Shown here: piece after piece, positions 1-10,445 of the stretch | Numbering within the stretch: position 1 is the stretch's first letter | Layout of the letters: each line of letters opens with the position of its first letter | NCBI RefSeq assembly: GCF_006345805.1 | Contig: NW_021833197.1 | Coordinates: forward strand, 1 to 28,484 | Source: Octopus sinensis | Lineage: Eukaryota | DNA length: 28,484 nucleotides | Direction: 5' to 3' | The notes under the pieces: generated by a model | Databases searched by the model: none | What the model saw: only the letters and a program-made list of their open reading frames with translations | Told to the model about the DNA's origin: nothing | Translations under genes and position numbers: made by a program

Positions 1-330
1 CACCACAAAAAAAAATGCTCTACCTGACTACAAAACACAAGATGGTCATAGCTTGCACACCCACAGTAACAGATGTGCTAGATCAAGGCTGACTTGGTGC
101 AAAAAATAACAACAAAAAAAGGAAGGACGCATTATATAATGTTGCCCCAGATAATGTACAAGTTGCCTATTACTAATCTAGTTCCATCACTAATCCAGGG
201 CAAACTTCAGCTGACCCAGTTTTAATTTCAAAATTTCCAGGTCACTGCCTCAACTTACTGTTAATGTTTAGTAGTGCTAGCTGAAGTTTTCGTATTTGGG
301 GGTTTTCAATTCTTAAAATTTTATTTTATT

Positions 331-933
331 ACCTGTGATATCAGTGCCAGTGGCACATAAGAGAACCATCCGAACGTGGCCGTTGCCAGTGCTGCCCCGA
401 CTGGCCCCCGTGCCGGTGGCACGTAAAATGCACCATCCGATCGTGGCTGTTTGCCAGCCTTGTCTGGCACCTGTGCAGGTGGCACGTAAAATGCACCATC
501 CGAACGTGGCCGTTGCCAGTGCTGCCCCGACTGGCCCCCCCGTGCCGGTGGCACGTAAAATGCACCATCCGATCGTGGCCGTTTGCCAGCCTTGTCTGGC
601 ACCTGTGCAGGTGGCACGTAAAATGCACCATCCGAACGTGGCCGTTGCCAGTGCTGCCCCGACTGGCCCCCCGTGCCGGTGGCACGTAAAATGCACCATC
701 CGATCGTGGCCGTTTGCCAGCTCCGTCTGGCACCTGTGCAGGTGGCACATAAAAAACACCTACTACACTCGCGGAGTGGTTGGCGTTAGGAAGGGCATCC
801 AGCCGTAGAAACACTGCCAGATCTGACTGGGCCAGACGAAGCCTTCCAGCTTCCCAGACCCCAGTTGACCCGTCCAACCCATGCTAGCATGGAAAGCGGA
901 CACTAAATGATGATGATGATGATGATGATGATG
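331..933 (+). mobile_element. Family F element copy 1: internal minisatellite, conserved 3' body and (TGA)n tail
   Basis: Array 352-744 is followed by the body CTACACTC..GGAGTGGTTGGCGTTAGGAAGGGCATCCAGC..CCATGCTAGCATGGAAAGCGGAC and (TGA)n at about 908-933. The same body occurs at 8821-9003 (-) and 10446-10648 (+). Confidence 0.85.
352..757 (+). repeat. Alternating A/B minisatellite, (AB)x3, period 129-132 bp
   Basis: The GGCAC(G/A)TAA anchor occurs at 352, 418, 481, 550, 613, 681 and 744, giving intervals of 66, 63, 69, 63, 68 and 63 bp. Confidence 0.95.
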
Positions 934-1273
934 AAGTAAATGAGAGCGAATTGTTTTTGTGTGTTTGTGTGTTTCTGAATGGTTAACAGGAAACTACTAC
1001 GACATGATTGTGATAAATTATCTCAGATCAAAGCCACTTGCCAAGCAAATACCCTCACATGCACACACTGATGTTTGACATTCTAGAAATAACACACAAA
1101 TCTCTCCCTCAAATCACATCCTACTTGTCTTAGAACAGAGAGAACTACACTGAATATCGTAGTCCAAAAGATGCATTGTGTCTGAATAAAAGGCAGATTG
1201 TTGAAGCTGGAACAATTTTGATCACCAAATATTAAAAACACTAAGCTGAATGCTTTATATAACATATAATATA

Positions 1274-1669
1274 GGCGTAGGAGTGGGTGTGTGGTAAGTA
1301 GCTTGCTTACGAACTACATGGTTCCGGGTTCAGTCCCACTGCATGGCACCTTGGGTAAGTGTCTTCTACTATAGCCTCGGGCAGACCAAAGCCTTGTGAG
1401 TGGATTTGGTAGACGGAAACTGAAAGAAGCCCGTCGTATATATGTATATAGATGTATGTGCGTGTTTGTCCCCCCAACATCGCTTGACAACCGATGCTGG
1501 TGTTTTTACGTCCCCGTAACTTAGCGGTTCGGCAAAAAAGAGACCGATAAAATAAGTACTAGGCTTACAAAGAACAAGTCCCGGGGTCGATTTGATCGAC
1601 TAAAAGGTGGTGCTCCAGCATGGCCACAGTCACACGACTGAAACAAGTAAAAGAGTAAAGAGTAAGAGT
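1274..1669 (+). mobile_element. tRNA-derived SINE family A, full length
   Basis: A-box-like TGGGTGTGTGG, B-box-like GGTTCAGTCCC, CORE-like ACCTTGGG(C/T)AAGTGTC, (TA)/(TG) linker, conserved right half ending GACTGAAACAAGTAAAAGAGTA. Many near-identical copies occur in the window. Confidence 0.9.
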
Positions 1670-2211
1670 ATAGTCCCAGATTCGTTATGTTGGAATAAAG
1701 GGCATGGCTGGAACGCCTCAGATAACAGCTCTACTATATAGGGCTGATCTGGGACTGAGCAACAACACTATAGCCCCTTGATGTCTTTGAAAAAAATAAG
1801 ACAAGGGAACTGGTTGTGAAACAGCTCTTGGCTAATTAATTTCTCCCAAATACAACGCAACAGAAATAAATGTAACAACACGATGTGAAAATATATTGTT
1901 GCTTTTTTTTTTAAAATAACTATTAAAATAGAACAAATATGTGTGTCAAGTTCATGAAATGAAGCCAGGCCAGACACATCCAGATGACAAGTGACAACAG
2001 TTGGGTGAGAAGGCTGACAGACAGGATTACAAGAGACCAACCACACAACAGAAGCAGGGGGGAAATGATAATGAACAGGATGAAGGGATAAAAGTGGTTA
2101 AATATGATGGAAGAAAATTGGGGATCAGAAATGCCAGCAGCCCATCACATGGATGTTCCAATTTTCGATAGAGTGAATGGCAAACAGACGTAAACAAACT
2201 CATGCACCGGG

Positions 2212-2773
2212 GATTCTTTCTTCGTTTCCTTCTACCAAATCTCGAGGAGGCGCAATGGCCCAGTGGTTAGGGCAGCGGACTCGCGGTCGTAGGATCGCGG
2301 TTTCGATTCCCAGACCGGGCGTTGTGAGTGTTTATTGAGCGAAAACACCTAAAAGCTCCACGAGGCTCCGGCAGGGAATGGTGGTGATCCCTGCTGTACT
2401 CTTTCACCACAACTCTCTCTCACTCTTACTTCCTGTTTCTGTTGTACCTGTATTTCAAAGGGCCGGCCTTGTCACTCTCTGTGTCACGCTGAATATCCCT
2501 GAGAACTACGTTAAGGGTGCACGTGTCTGTGGAGTGCTCAGCCACTTACACGTTAATTTCACGAGCAGGCTGTTCCGTTGATTCGGATCAACCGGAACCC
2601 TCGTCGTCGTAACCGACTGAGTGCTTCCTTTCCCCCCTACCAAATCTACTCGCAAGACTTTGGTTGACCTGGGGGGCTATAGTAGAAAACACTTGCCTAA
2701 GGCATCTTGCAGTGCGACTGGACCTGAAACTATGTGATTGGGAAGGAAACTTCTTAACCACACAGCTGTGCCT
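2212..2773 (-). mobile_element. SINE A head fragment split by a SINE B insertion (pieces 2212-2242 and 2629-2773)
   Basis: The reverse-complement A head is continuous across the B insertion. CTACCAAATCT is duplicated at 2232-2242 and 2637-2647. Confidence 0.8.
2246..2628 (+). mobile_element. tRNA-derived SINE family B, copy 1
   Basis: A box TGGCCCAGTGG and B box GGTTTCGATTCC. About 380 bp, nearly identical to 5151-5537 and 10793-11180. Flanked by an 11-bp exact (about 18-bp degenerate) duplication. Confidence 0.92.
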
Positions 2774-2865
2774 GTTCCTTGTATGCATGTATACATGTAT
2801 GTACATGTACTAAATTTTGCTTATGCCTAAACACTGCTCGGCAGTAACATTACATTACATTACAT

Positions 2866-2922
<57 letters not shown>

Positions 2923-2968
2923 CTTGATATATGTTCATGTGCATAAGATGTGTGTATACATATACACC

Positions 2969-3093
2969 ATCAAGAGTGATACCGGAATGGACATAGCCAG
3001 TCTGAAAGAAGCGGCCCAGGATAGAACTGACTGGAGGACACTGATCCAACGAGTGACCGAGAGTCGACTTCGACTGAGCGGTTAGAAGAAGAA
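2969..3093 (+). mobile_element. RTE-BovB-like LINE, extreme 3' end
   Basis: 2969-3085 translates as IKSDTGMDIASLKEAAQDRTDWRTLIQRVTESRLRLSG*, which resembles the BovB-type C-terminus (..DREAWRAAIHGVAKSRTRLSD*). A short (GAA)n tail follows. Confidence 0.8.
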
Positions 3094-3127
3094 TACACAC
3101 ATACATACACACAGATCTTAAACACAT

Positions 3128-3347
3128 AAACATATATATATATATAACGGGAAGCTTTATGAAAATAAACAAAAGACGAAGGCAGGTGGAAGACAAACGA
3201 ACAATTGTATTAGTATGGCGCTCAGGAAATATAAATAAAAACAAGTCTTTAACGTTTCGAGCCTACGCTCTTCAACAGAAAGATACACAGAGAGAGAAAA
3301 ACACAGAAGAAGACGAGAAAAAATGCGTGCAGTAGCTAACGAATCAA
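3128..3347 (-). mobile_element. Penelope-like terminal fragment between (TA)n tracts
   Basis: Contains the AACGTTTCG...CTCTTCAACAG motif typical of PLE termini, which is the reverse complement of a hammerhead core. Flanked by (TA)n. Confidence 0.6.
3246..3283 (-). ncRNA. Minimal type-I hammerhead ribozyme-like motif, A6U core variant
   Basis: Minus strand reads UCUUU-CUGUUGA-A-GAGC(GUAG)GCUC-GAAA-CGUU/AAAGA: 5-bp stem I, 4-bp stem II, palindromic stem III AACGUU, and a GUU site. Confidence 0.7.
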
Positions 3348-3352
3348 CATAT

Positions 3353-3394
<42 letters not shown>

Positions 3395-3867
3395 ATATAT
3401 GTATATCTTGTTATATGTTCATGCGCTTAATAGGTATGTATGTATATATATATCATTTTAAGATACACAGTATTTGAATATAGGCCTTAGAAACAATAAT
3501 TTAGCAGATTTATATATCATACCTTGTGTCTCCAAGCAATACTGCAGTCTCAAGTAAGACCAGCCATGTGTATCTGAGCCAGATGGATTGTTCAGACACA
3601 ATTATATATATATTTTATGCAAAAGGTTTTATATATATATATATATAGGTAATAGTGGCACGATATGGCACCAATGTTTGCTAGAAATAGCAGTCGATAA
3701 CCATACAACGCTATGTAAAATGAAAGGGGTTATATGTATATATAGATATGCGTATGTGTATTAGTATGTGCATGTGCTTATATATATGTATGTATATATA
3801 CAGATATATATGGATGTATGTGTATGTAGGTATGTATATGATGGGTGTAAGTATATATATGTGTATG

Positions 3868-3995
3868 CGGACATGGCTGTGTAGTTAGGGAGCTTGCTTC
3901 CTAGCTATATGGTTTCGGGTTCAGTCCCACTGCGTGGCACCCTGGGTAGGTGTCTTTCACTATAGCCCCGAGCTGACCGGAGCTTTGTGCGGTAG
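3868..3995 (+). mobile_element. SINE A head, diverged
   Basis: GGTTCAGTCCCACTGCGTGGCACCCTGGGTAGGTGTC matches the A head. Confidence 0.8.
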
Positions 3996-3999
3996 GTAG

Positions 4000-4358
4000 A
4001 AGTTACTGCCGTGTGTGTATATGTGCGTATAGGTGCTTGTGCCTCTCCGAAAGAGAGAGAGGGTATATGTAGGTATATACGTATGTGTATGTGTGTATAT
4101 ATATACACACACATATATATGGATTTGTAGATTTCTGTATGTGTATATATATGTGTATGTGTGTAGATATGTATTTGTATGTACGTGTACGTATGTGTAT
4201 GTACGTGCATGTATGTATATATGTGTGTAGGCTTGTATATGTAGGTATGCTTTTTATGTACACGTGTATGCGGGCGTGTGTGCATATATGTATTTATAAG
4301 CGTATGGATGCGTATAGATGGCGGACGTGTACGTATATATATATATATATATATATCT

Positions 4359-4411
<53 letters not shown>

Positions 4412-4417
4412 TATATA
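4000..4417. repeat. (TA)n/(TG)n/(TATG)n low-complexity tract
   Basis: Direct inspection; this tract generates the Y/I/H/T-rich ORFs in the track. Confidence 0.95.
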
Positions 4418-4558
4418 AGGTATGTAGAAAAATACAACATGGACAAGAACGTATAACTCTTAGAAGACGACACAATAAACACGGACAGGACACTCGAAAC
4501 CCTCAGTCTTCAGTCAAGAACCGGATCATCGTAGTAATTTCGGCTGATTAATCTTGAG
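4418..4558 (-). mobile_element. Dispersed repeat family G, copy 1, (TA)n-flanked
   Basis: Reverse-complement homolog of 15357-15488 (TTCTTGACTGA(A/T)GACTGAGGG(T/C)TTCGA..TGTCC). Confidence 0.7.
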
Positions 4559-4907
4559 TATATATATATTATATATATATATATATATATACACATATAT
4601 ACACTCACATACAGGTGATTAAAACATGGTGAATGAGAATGAAAGCATATAGTCAGATAAAGATAGCAAATACTATCAACTAGGAGATTATTATTGGATA
4701 GAGAAGACAGTTTTTTAAATGTAGACCAAAAGGGATATTTAGGGTGAATTTAAGTGTGTTTGGATTTGTGGGAGTATTGAGATCAATGAAGAAGATTCTG
4801 ACACGGAATTAGAAAGAGAAGGATGGTGAGTGGGTGGGTGGGAGGGATGCAGAAAGCCATAGGGGTGACCCATCTATAAATAGAAACAGATTGGAAGTTA
4901 GCACAGC

Positions 4908-4938
<31 letters not shown>

Positions 4939-5150
4939 AGTGATGATAATTAGCAGGAAAGATAACACATCAGATGCTATATTTAGAAGATAAACATTCA
5001 GCTGTTAGAAATATCAAAGATATATCACATCACTGAAGACAGCAGGAACCTATGGAAACAACTGAAGAGGGTCTGTCTACATGGCTGCTTCATCTGCAGG
5101 AAATAGCAACTAAATCTCCCTCAAATCCTACTAACACACACTCAGCAAAA

Positions 5151-5537
5151 TATATGGAAGCACTCCGTCGGTTACGACGACGAGGGTTCCGGTTGATCCG
5201 AATCAACGGAACAGCCTGCTCGTGAAATTAACGTGTAAGTGGCTGAGCACTCCACAGACACGTGTACCCTTAACGTAGTTCTCGGGGATATTCAGCATGA
5301 CACAGAGAGTGACAAGGCCGGCCCTTTGAAATACAGGTACAACAGAAACAGGAAGTAAGAGTGAGAGAAAGTTGTGGTGAAAGAGTACAGCAGGGATCAC
5401 CACCATCCCCTGCCGGAGCATCGTGGATGCTTTAGGTGTTTTCGCTCAATAAACACTCACAACGCCCGGTCTGGGAATCGAAACTGCAATCCTATGACCG
5501 CGAGTCCGCTGCCCTAACCACTGGGCCATTGCGCCTC
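5151..5537 (-). mobile_element. SINE B copy 2 with 14-bp TSD
   Basis: CACACTCAGCAAAA occurs at 5137-5150 and 5538-5551. The body is the reverse complement of 2246-2628. Confidence 0.95.
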
Positions 5538-5604
5538 CACACTCAGCAAAAACACATTCGTTGGATAAGATACATCCAAATACAATGTTTTATCTTTTAT
5601 TTAT

Positions 5605-5733
5605 TTCCGTTTCCATCTACCAAATCTATTTACAAGGCTTTGGTCAGCCAGAGTTTCCAGTAGAAGACACTTAGCCAAGGTGCCATGCAGTGGGACTGAA
5701 CCCGGAACTACACAGTTGGGAAGCAAGCTTCTT
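5605..5733 (-). mobile_element. SINE A head, diverged
   Basis: Reverse-complement A head (..AAGGTGCCATGCAGTGGGACTGAACCCGGAAC..). Confidence 0.8.
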
Positions 5734-5801
5734 TTATTCATTATATTGGCCATAAAGGCTTTACATAGAAGGGAAGCTACGGGTTGGACATAGACATAAT
5801 G

Positions 5802-6401
5802 CAGTGCTTTTCAAACTTTTTGCTGGAGCGGAACCCCAAGGAAACATTCCACTGGCTTGGGAAACCCCTGTGCAATAATTTAATAGTCTTATGCACACAT
5901 ATCTGCACAGGAGAATTAAAAATTACTGCCGATTTTAGCAGTTTTGTAACTTCTTGCGGAACCCCGGGACTGTACTGGCGGAACCCTAAAGCAGTGCTTT
6001 TCAAATTTTTTGCTGGAGCGGAACCCCAAGGAAACATTCCACTGGCTCGAGGAACCCTAGTGCAATAATTTAATAGACTTATGCACACATATCTGCACAG
6101 GAGAATTAAAAATTACTGTCGATTTTAGCAGTTTTGTAACTTCTTGCAGAACCCCTGCACTGTACTGGCGGAACCCTGGTTGAAAACCACTGAGTTAGAC
6201 CAGTGCTTTTCAAACTTTTTGCTGGAGCGGAACCCCAAGGAAACATTCCACTGGATTGGGAAACCCCTGTGCAATAATTTAATAGTCTTATGCACACATA
6301 TCTGCACAGGAGAATTAAAAATTACTGCCGATTTTAGCAGTTTTGTAACTTCTTGAGGAACCCCTGGACTGTACTGGCGGAACCCTGGTTGAAAACCACT
6401 G
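5802..6401. mobile_element. hAT (Buster/Charlie-like) MITE, three head-to-tail ~200-bp units inside one 8-bp TSD
   Basis: TIRs CAGTGCTTTTCAAAC and rc CAGTGGTTTTCAACC match at 13/15. Units lie at 5802-5991 (no right TIR), 5992-6192 and 6201-6401. ACATAATG occurs at 5794-5801 and 6402-6409. Confidence 0.9.
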
Positions 6402-6984
6402 ACATAATGTTATATGAAATGACAAGTGAAAATTATAATGAGGGCAACAAGCAACGCCCATCGATCGCTGCTTACCCAAGAACATTGATCTTTTTATAAT
6501 TTCATTCACAAGGCAACAACCCTCTACATTGTTTCCAATTCAAAAAACATAAATGAAGCACTAAGCCTCTTACTTTTATTTTCAATTATAAACTTTCATG
6601 CCCGACCAGGCTCCTCGCCTCATTCAGGCATTCAGGCACCTGGACAGTGCCAAGTCGGGCCACTTTAACATAAATCTAAAAGTGTCCTCGGGAAAGGAAT
6701 TCATCACCCTACATGAATCGGTCTCCCACCTGCAAAAGCCTCAGGGAAGCAAGCTTCTTAACACACAGCTATGCCTGCACCTATAAATATATATGTCTTC
6801 TCCTTGTCCTGTCTTGTATTGTTTATATTTTGTACTGTCGTTACTGTCCTGTTTTTGTTACCATTTTTACCCCTCCGCAAAAAGATCTCAAATTTTATTT
6901 AATTTGCTTTTCGTGGGAAGGAAAGTTTCTATCGAAGATGCGTATCGCCTTCACCTTTGAAACGCAGAGTAGATGAAACCATGG

Positions 6985-7130
6985 CGACTGAAGAAGGGGA
7001 ATATTCCTTGTGTTATTTGTCCTGTACTCTACTTTTTTGTTGTTTAAGAAAAATGTCCAGTTCCTTGGTTTTGTGTTTATGTTTCCGTTTCTCATTGTGT
7101 TCGACGTTTTTTTTGGTGTCCTGTACCCAT
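6985..7130 (+). mobile_element. Dispersed repeat family H (homolog at about 19262-19385)
   Basis: Both loci share AAGGGGAATATTCCTTGT..AAAAA(T/A)GTCC..TTTATGTTT..GGTGTCCTGTAC(C/T)CATATAT and end in (TA)n. Confidence 0.7.
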
Positions 7131-7200
7131 ATATGCGTGTATATATACATGTAGAGGTAGGTACGTACATATATGTATGTATATATGCATATGTTTTATT

Positions 7201-7234
<34 letters not shown>

Positions 7235-7711
7235 GAAAAACAAAGAAAATAAGGGGTCGTTGCTGGGTTAATTTAGAGTTAAACAATCACAACCACCAAA
7301 CCAAAAAGGGTTACTGTATTTTGTGGCTGAAAAGTCAAATTTTTCAAGCCAAAATTTACAGTAAAAAAAAAGTAGGTTAACTTAAATACTAAGGCAAATT
7401 TGGATAACCAAAAATTCCTGTGAAATGCAGCAAGGCTTGGAAAGATAGTGACGATGTTTGAAGGTTTACACTAAATACTGTATCTACTTGTATGCTGGAA
7501 AATATGATAACAAGGACCTGTTAGAAATAGCAGCCAAACTTCACTCAAGTCACAGCCTAATGTCTTTCTCATCATTATCACTGCTATCATAATTTGATGT
7601 CCATCTTTCATGACCACCCTAATTTTTCGGGTGTCAAAGATATCCCTGTCCTATGTGTCTTTCCTTTTTAAAGAAGATGAGGGAGATTTACCTACTGTTT
7701 CTAACTGGCAC

Positions 7712-8390
7712 CCTGTCAGTTACAACGACGACGGTTCCGGCTGATCCAGTCAATTAATGTGCAAATGGCTGAGTACTCCGTAGACATACTCTTTTACTCT
7801 TTTACTTGTTTCAGTCATTTGACTGCGGCCATGCTGGAGCACCACCTTTAATCGAGCAACTCGACACTGGGACTTATTCTTTTGTAAGCCCAGTACTTAT
7901 TCTATCGGTCTCTTTTGCCGAACCGCTAAGTAACGGGGACATAAACACACCAGCATCGGTTGTCAAGCAATGCTAGGGGGACAAACACACACACGCATAT
8001 ATATACATATATACGACGGGCTTCTTTCAGTTTCCGTCTACCAAATCCACTCACAAGGCTTTGGTCGGCCCGAGGCTATAGTAGAAGACACTTGCCCAAG
8101 GTGCCACGCAGTGGGAATGAACCCGGAACCATGTGGTTGGTAAACAAGCTACTTACCACACAGCCACTCCTGTGTACCCTCAACATAGTTCTCAGGGAGG
8201 ATCAATGTGACACAGAATGTAACATGGCCGGCCCTTTGAAATACAGGTACTACCCATTTTCTGCCAGCTGAGTGGACTGGAGCAACATGAAATAAAGTCT
8301 CTTGCATGAGGACGTGTGCTGCTGGGAATTGAACTCAGGACCTTATGATAATGAGCCAAATACACTAACCACTAAACCATGCACCTTCAC
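7712..8390 (-). mobile_element. Hybrid tRNA-SINE (C-like centre, B-like tail) split by SINE A (pieces 7712-7786 and 8172-8390)
   Basis: Minus-strand head has GAGTTCAATTCCC. The centre TTTATTTCATGTTGCTCCAGTCCACTCAGCTG resembles C, and the tail ACCTGTATTTCAAAGGGCCGGCC..GAGAACTATGTTGAGGGTACAC resembles B. Confidence 0.75.
7787..8171 (-). mobile_element. SINE A, full length, nested in the hybrid SINE
   Basis: Complete reverse-complement A consensus from tail to head. Confidence 0.92.
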
Positions 8391-8794
8391 TACTGTTTCT
8401 AACAGGTTGAGCAACCACATTGAGGTTCCCCTCATTTGCTCGTGCTGTTGTTTGCCAGGAGTTAGCCCTCAACGAGCAAACCTATAGTTGAGGCTTTCCG
8501 CTTGTGACCATCCCATCATGCATATGAGTCTTTATCCGACGTGGCTTTCATTATTCCTGGTTGCCAGATAGACAATTAACATCACAAGTTCATCCGTTAC
8601 TGTTGCCTTTCCCAGAAAGACACACTCGTTAGCCTCAATCAAGCTTGCGTTAATTAAACACTACTTCACTCCTTATCTAATTTAATTACATACAAAAAAA
8701 ACCCAAAAAAAACACCACTCCTCACCTCAACCAACATAGCTACAACCAAAATACCACTCCTGACCTCAATAAGCCTTCAGCCGACAAGGCCACC

Positions 8795-9556
8795 ATCATC
8801 ACCATCATCATCATCATCATCGCTTAACGTCCGCTTTCCATGCTAGCATGGGTTGGACGGTTCAACTGGGGTCTGGGGAGCCCGAAGGCTGCACCAGGCC
8901 AGTCAGATCTGGCAGTGTTTCTACAGCTGGATGCCCTTCCTAACGCCAACCACTCCGAGAGTGTAGTGGGTGATTTTATGTGCCACCGACACAGGTGCCA
9001 GACGGCCACGCCCGGATGGTGTTTTTTATGTTCCACCGACACAGGTGCCAGACGAGGCTGGCGAACGGCCACGCTCGGATGGTGTTTTTTATGTGCCACC
9101 GACACAGGTGCCAGACGAGGCTGGCGAACGGTCACACTCGGATGGTGTTTTTTATGTGCCACGGACACAGGTGCCAGATGAGGCTGGCGAACGGCCACGC
9201 TCGGATGGTGTTTTTTATGTGCCACCGACACAGGTGCCAGACGAGGCTGGCAGACGGCCACGCTCGGATGGTGGATTTTATGTGCCACCGACACAGATGC
9301 CAGACAAAGCTGGCATACGGCCACGCTCGGATGGTGTTTTTTATGTGCCACTGACACAGGTGCCAGACGAAGCTGGCATACGGCCACGCTCAGATGGTGT
9401 TTTTTATGTGCCACCGACACAGGTGCCAGACGAGGCTGGCAGACAGCCACGCTCGGATGGTGTTTTTTATGTGCCACTGACACAGGTGCCAGATGAGGCT
9501 GGCAGACGGCCACACTCGGATGGTGTTTTTTATGTGCCACCGACACAGGTGCCAGA
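8795..9556 (-). mobile_element. Family F element copy 2 with a 63-bp array
   Basis: (ATC)n tail at 8795-8821, body 8821-8980, array to 9556. Confidence 0.88.
8975..9556 (-). repeat. 63-bp minisatellite, about 9.3 units (B-type only)
   Basis: The anchor T(G/T)CCAC occurs at 8981, 9031, 9094, 9157, 9220, 9283, 9346, 9409, 9472 and 9535: one 50-bp and eight 63-bp intervals. Confidence 0.97.
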
Positions 9557-9934
9557 ACAAGCAAATAAGGGAAGCCTTTATGAAGTCACTAAATGGACTA
9601 GGCCTCACTCATATCAAACCTTATGCTCCTAAGGCAGTGATATATGTTGGATAGTGTGGTCCCAGATACCCCCTAAAAAGGCTAGATTGTCACAGCTGGG
9701 ACACTCTTGATCAAGGCCCATTGCCACACTTTCGTGCCTGATGGGGGGATTCAGAATATAAAACACAGCAATGTAGGCCTATAGGCCGACTTAGGACCAG
9801 TCAGTCGGAACCGATTGTGGTCGTAAGTCAATAACAACCTGTAGGTGTATCATTGTAAATTTGAGGGTGCACCACTGAATAATCCTTTCTACCATAGGCA
9901 CAAGGCCTGAAATTTGTTGGGAGGGGACAAGTCA

Positions 9935-10232
9935 AGTCAATCACATCGACCCCAGTGCGTAACAGGTACTTAATTTATCGACCCCGAAAGGATGAAAGGT
10001 AAAGTTGACCTCAGAATGTAGCGACAGGTGAAATACCTATTTCTTTATTACCCACAAGGAGCTAAACATAGAGGGAACAAACAAGGACAGACATAGGTAT
10101 TAAGTCGATTACATTGACCCCAGTGCGTAACAGGTACTTAATTTATCGACCCCGAAAGGATGAAAGGTAAAGTTGACCTCAGAATGTAGCGACAGGCAAA
10201 ATACCACAAAGCATATTGCCTGGCATGCTAAC
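9935..10232 (-). mobile_element. tRNA-SINE family D, internally duplicated (168-bp period), B box deleted
   Basis: CCCAGTGCGT occurs at 9951 and 10119. Both monomers lack GGCGGAATTTGAACTC, which is present in the other D copies. Confidence 0.85.
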
Positions 10233-10445
10233 ACAAAATTCGGTCTGTCTGTCCAGGACCCTTGTATCTCATTGTAGGTGTGAGAAGCTGGATCTGGACG
10301 GTTTGGGTATAAAACAGGTAGAATATTTGGGCTGGATATGGTCGGTTTAAGTGCTAAAGGATTTCTTAACTGAACTATCTACTTACCTACCATGGATTAA
10401 ACGCTGATATGACTTAAATGTGCCAAGATGAATATGTGTGTGTAT

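Noticed and set aside
313-877. Overlapping 98-178 aa ORFs
   Set aside because: They arise from the 63/66-69-bp minisatellite, are open on both strands and have repetitive translations with no recognisable domain.
6598-6786. 62-aa ORF in GC-richer unique sequence
   Set aside because: Short, has no recognisable motif, and runs into a SINE A fragment.
6985-7015. CTGAAGAAGGGGAATATTCC as a hammerhead
   Set aside because: The palindrome GGAATATTCC is not followed by GAAA, and the homolog at about 19262 lacks the CUGANGA box.
8975-9556. CRISPR-like appearance of the regular array
   Set aside because: There are no unique spacers (whole units are repeated), no cas genes, and the context is eukaryotic.
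8824-9632. 246-aa and 220-aa ORFs with 21-aa repeats
   Set aside because: A 63-bp period keeps frames open trivially, and the sequence lies within dispersed element F.
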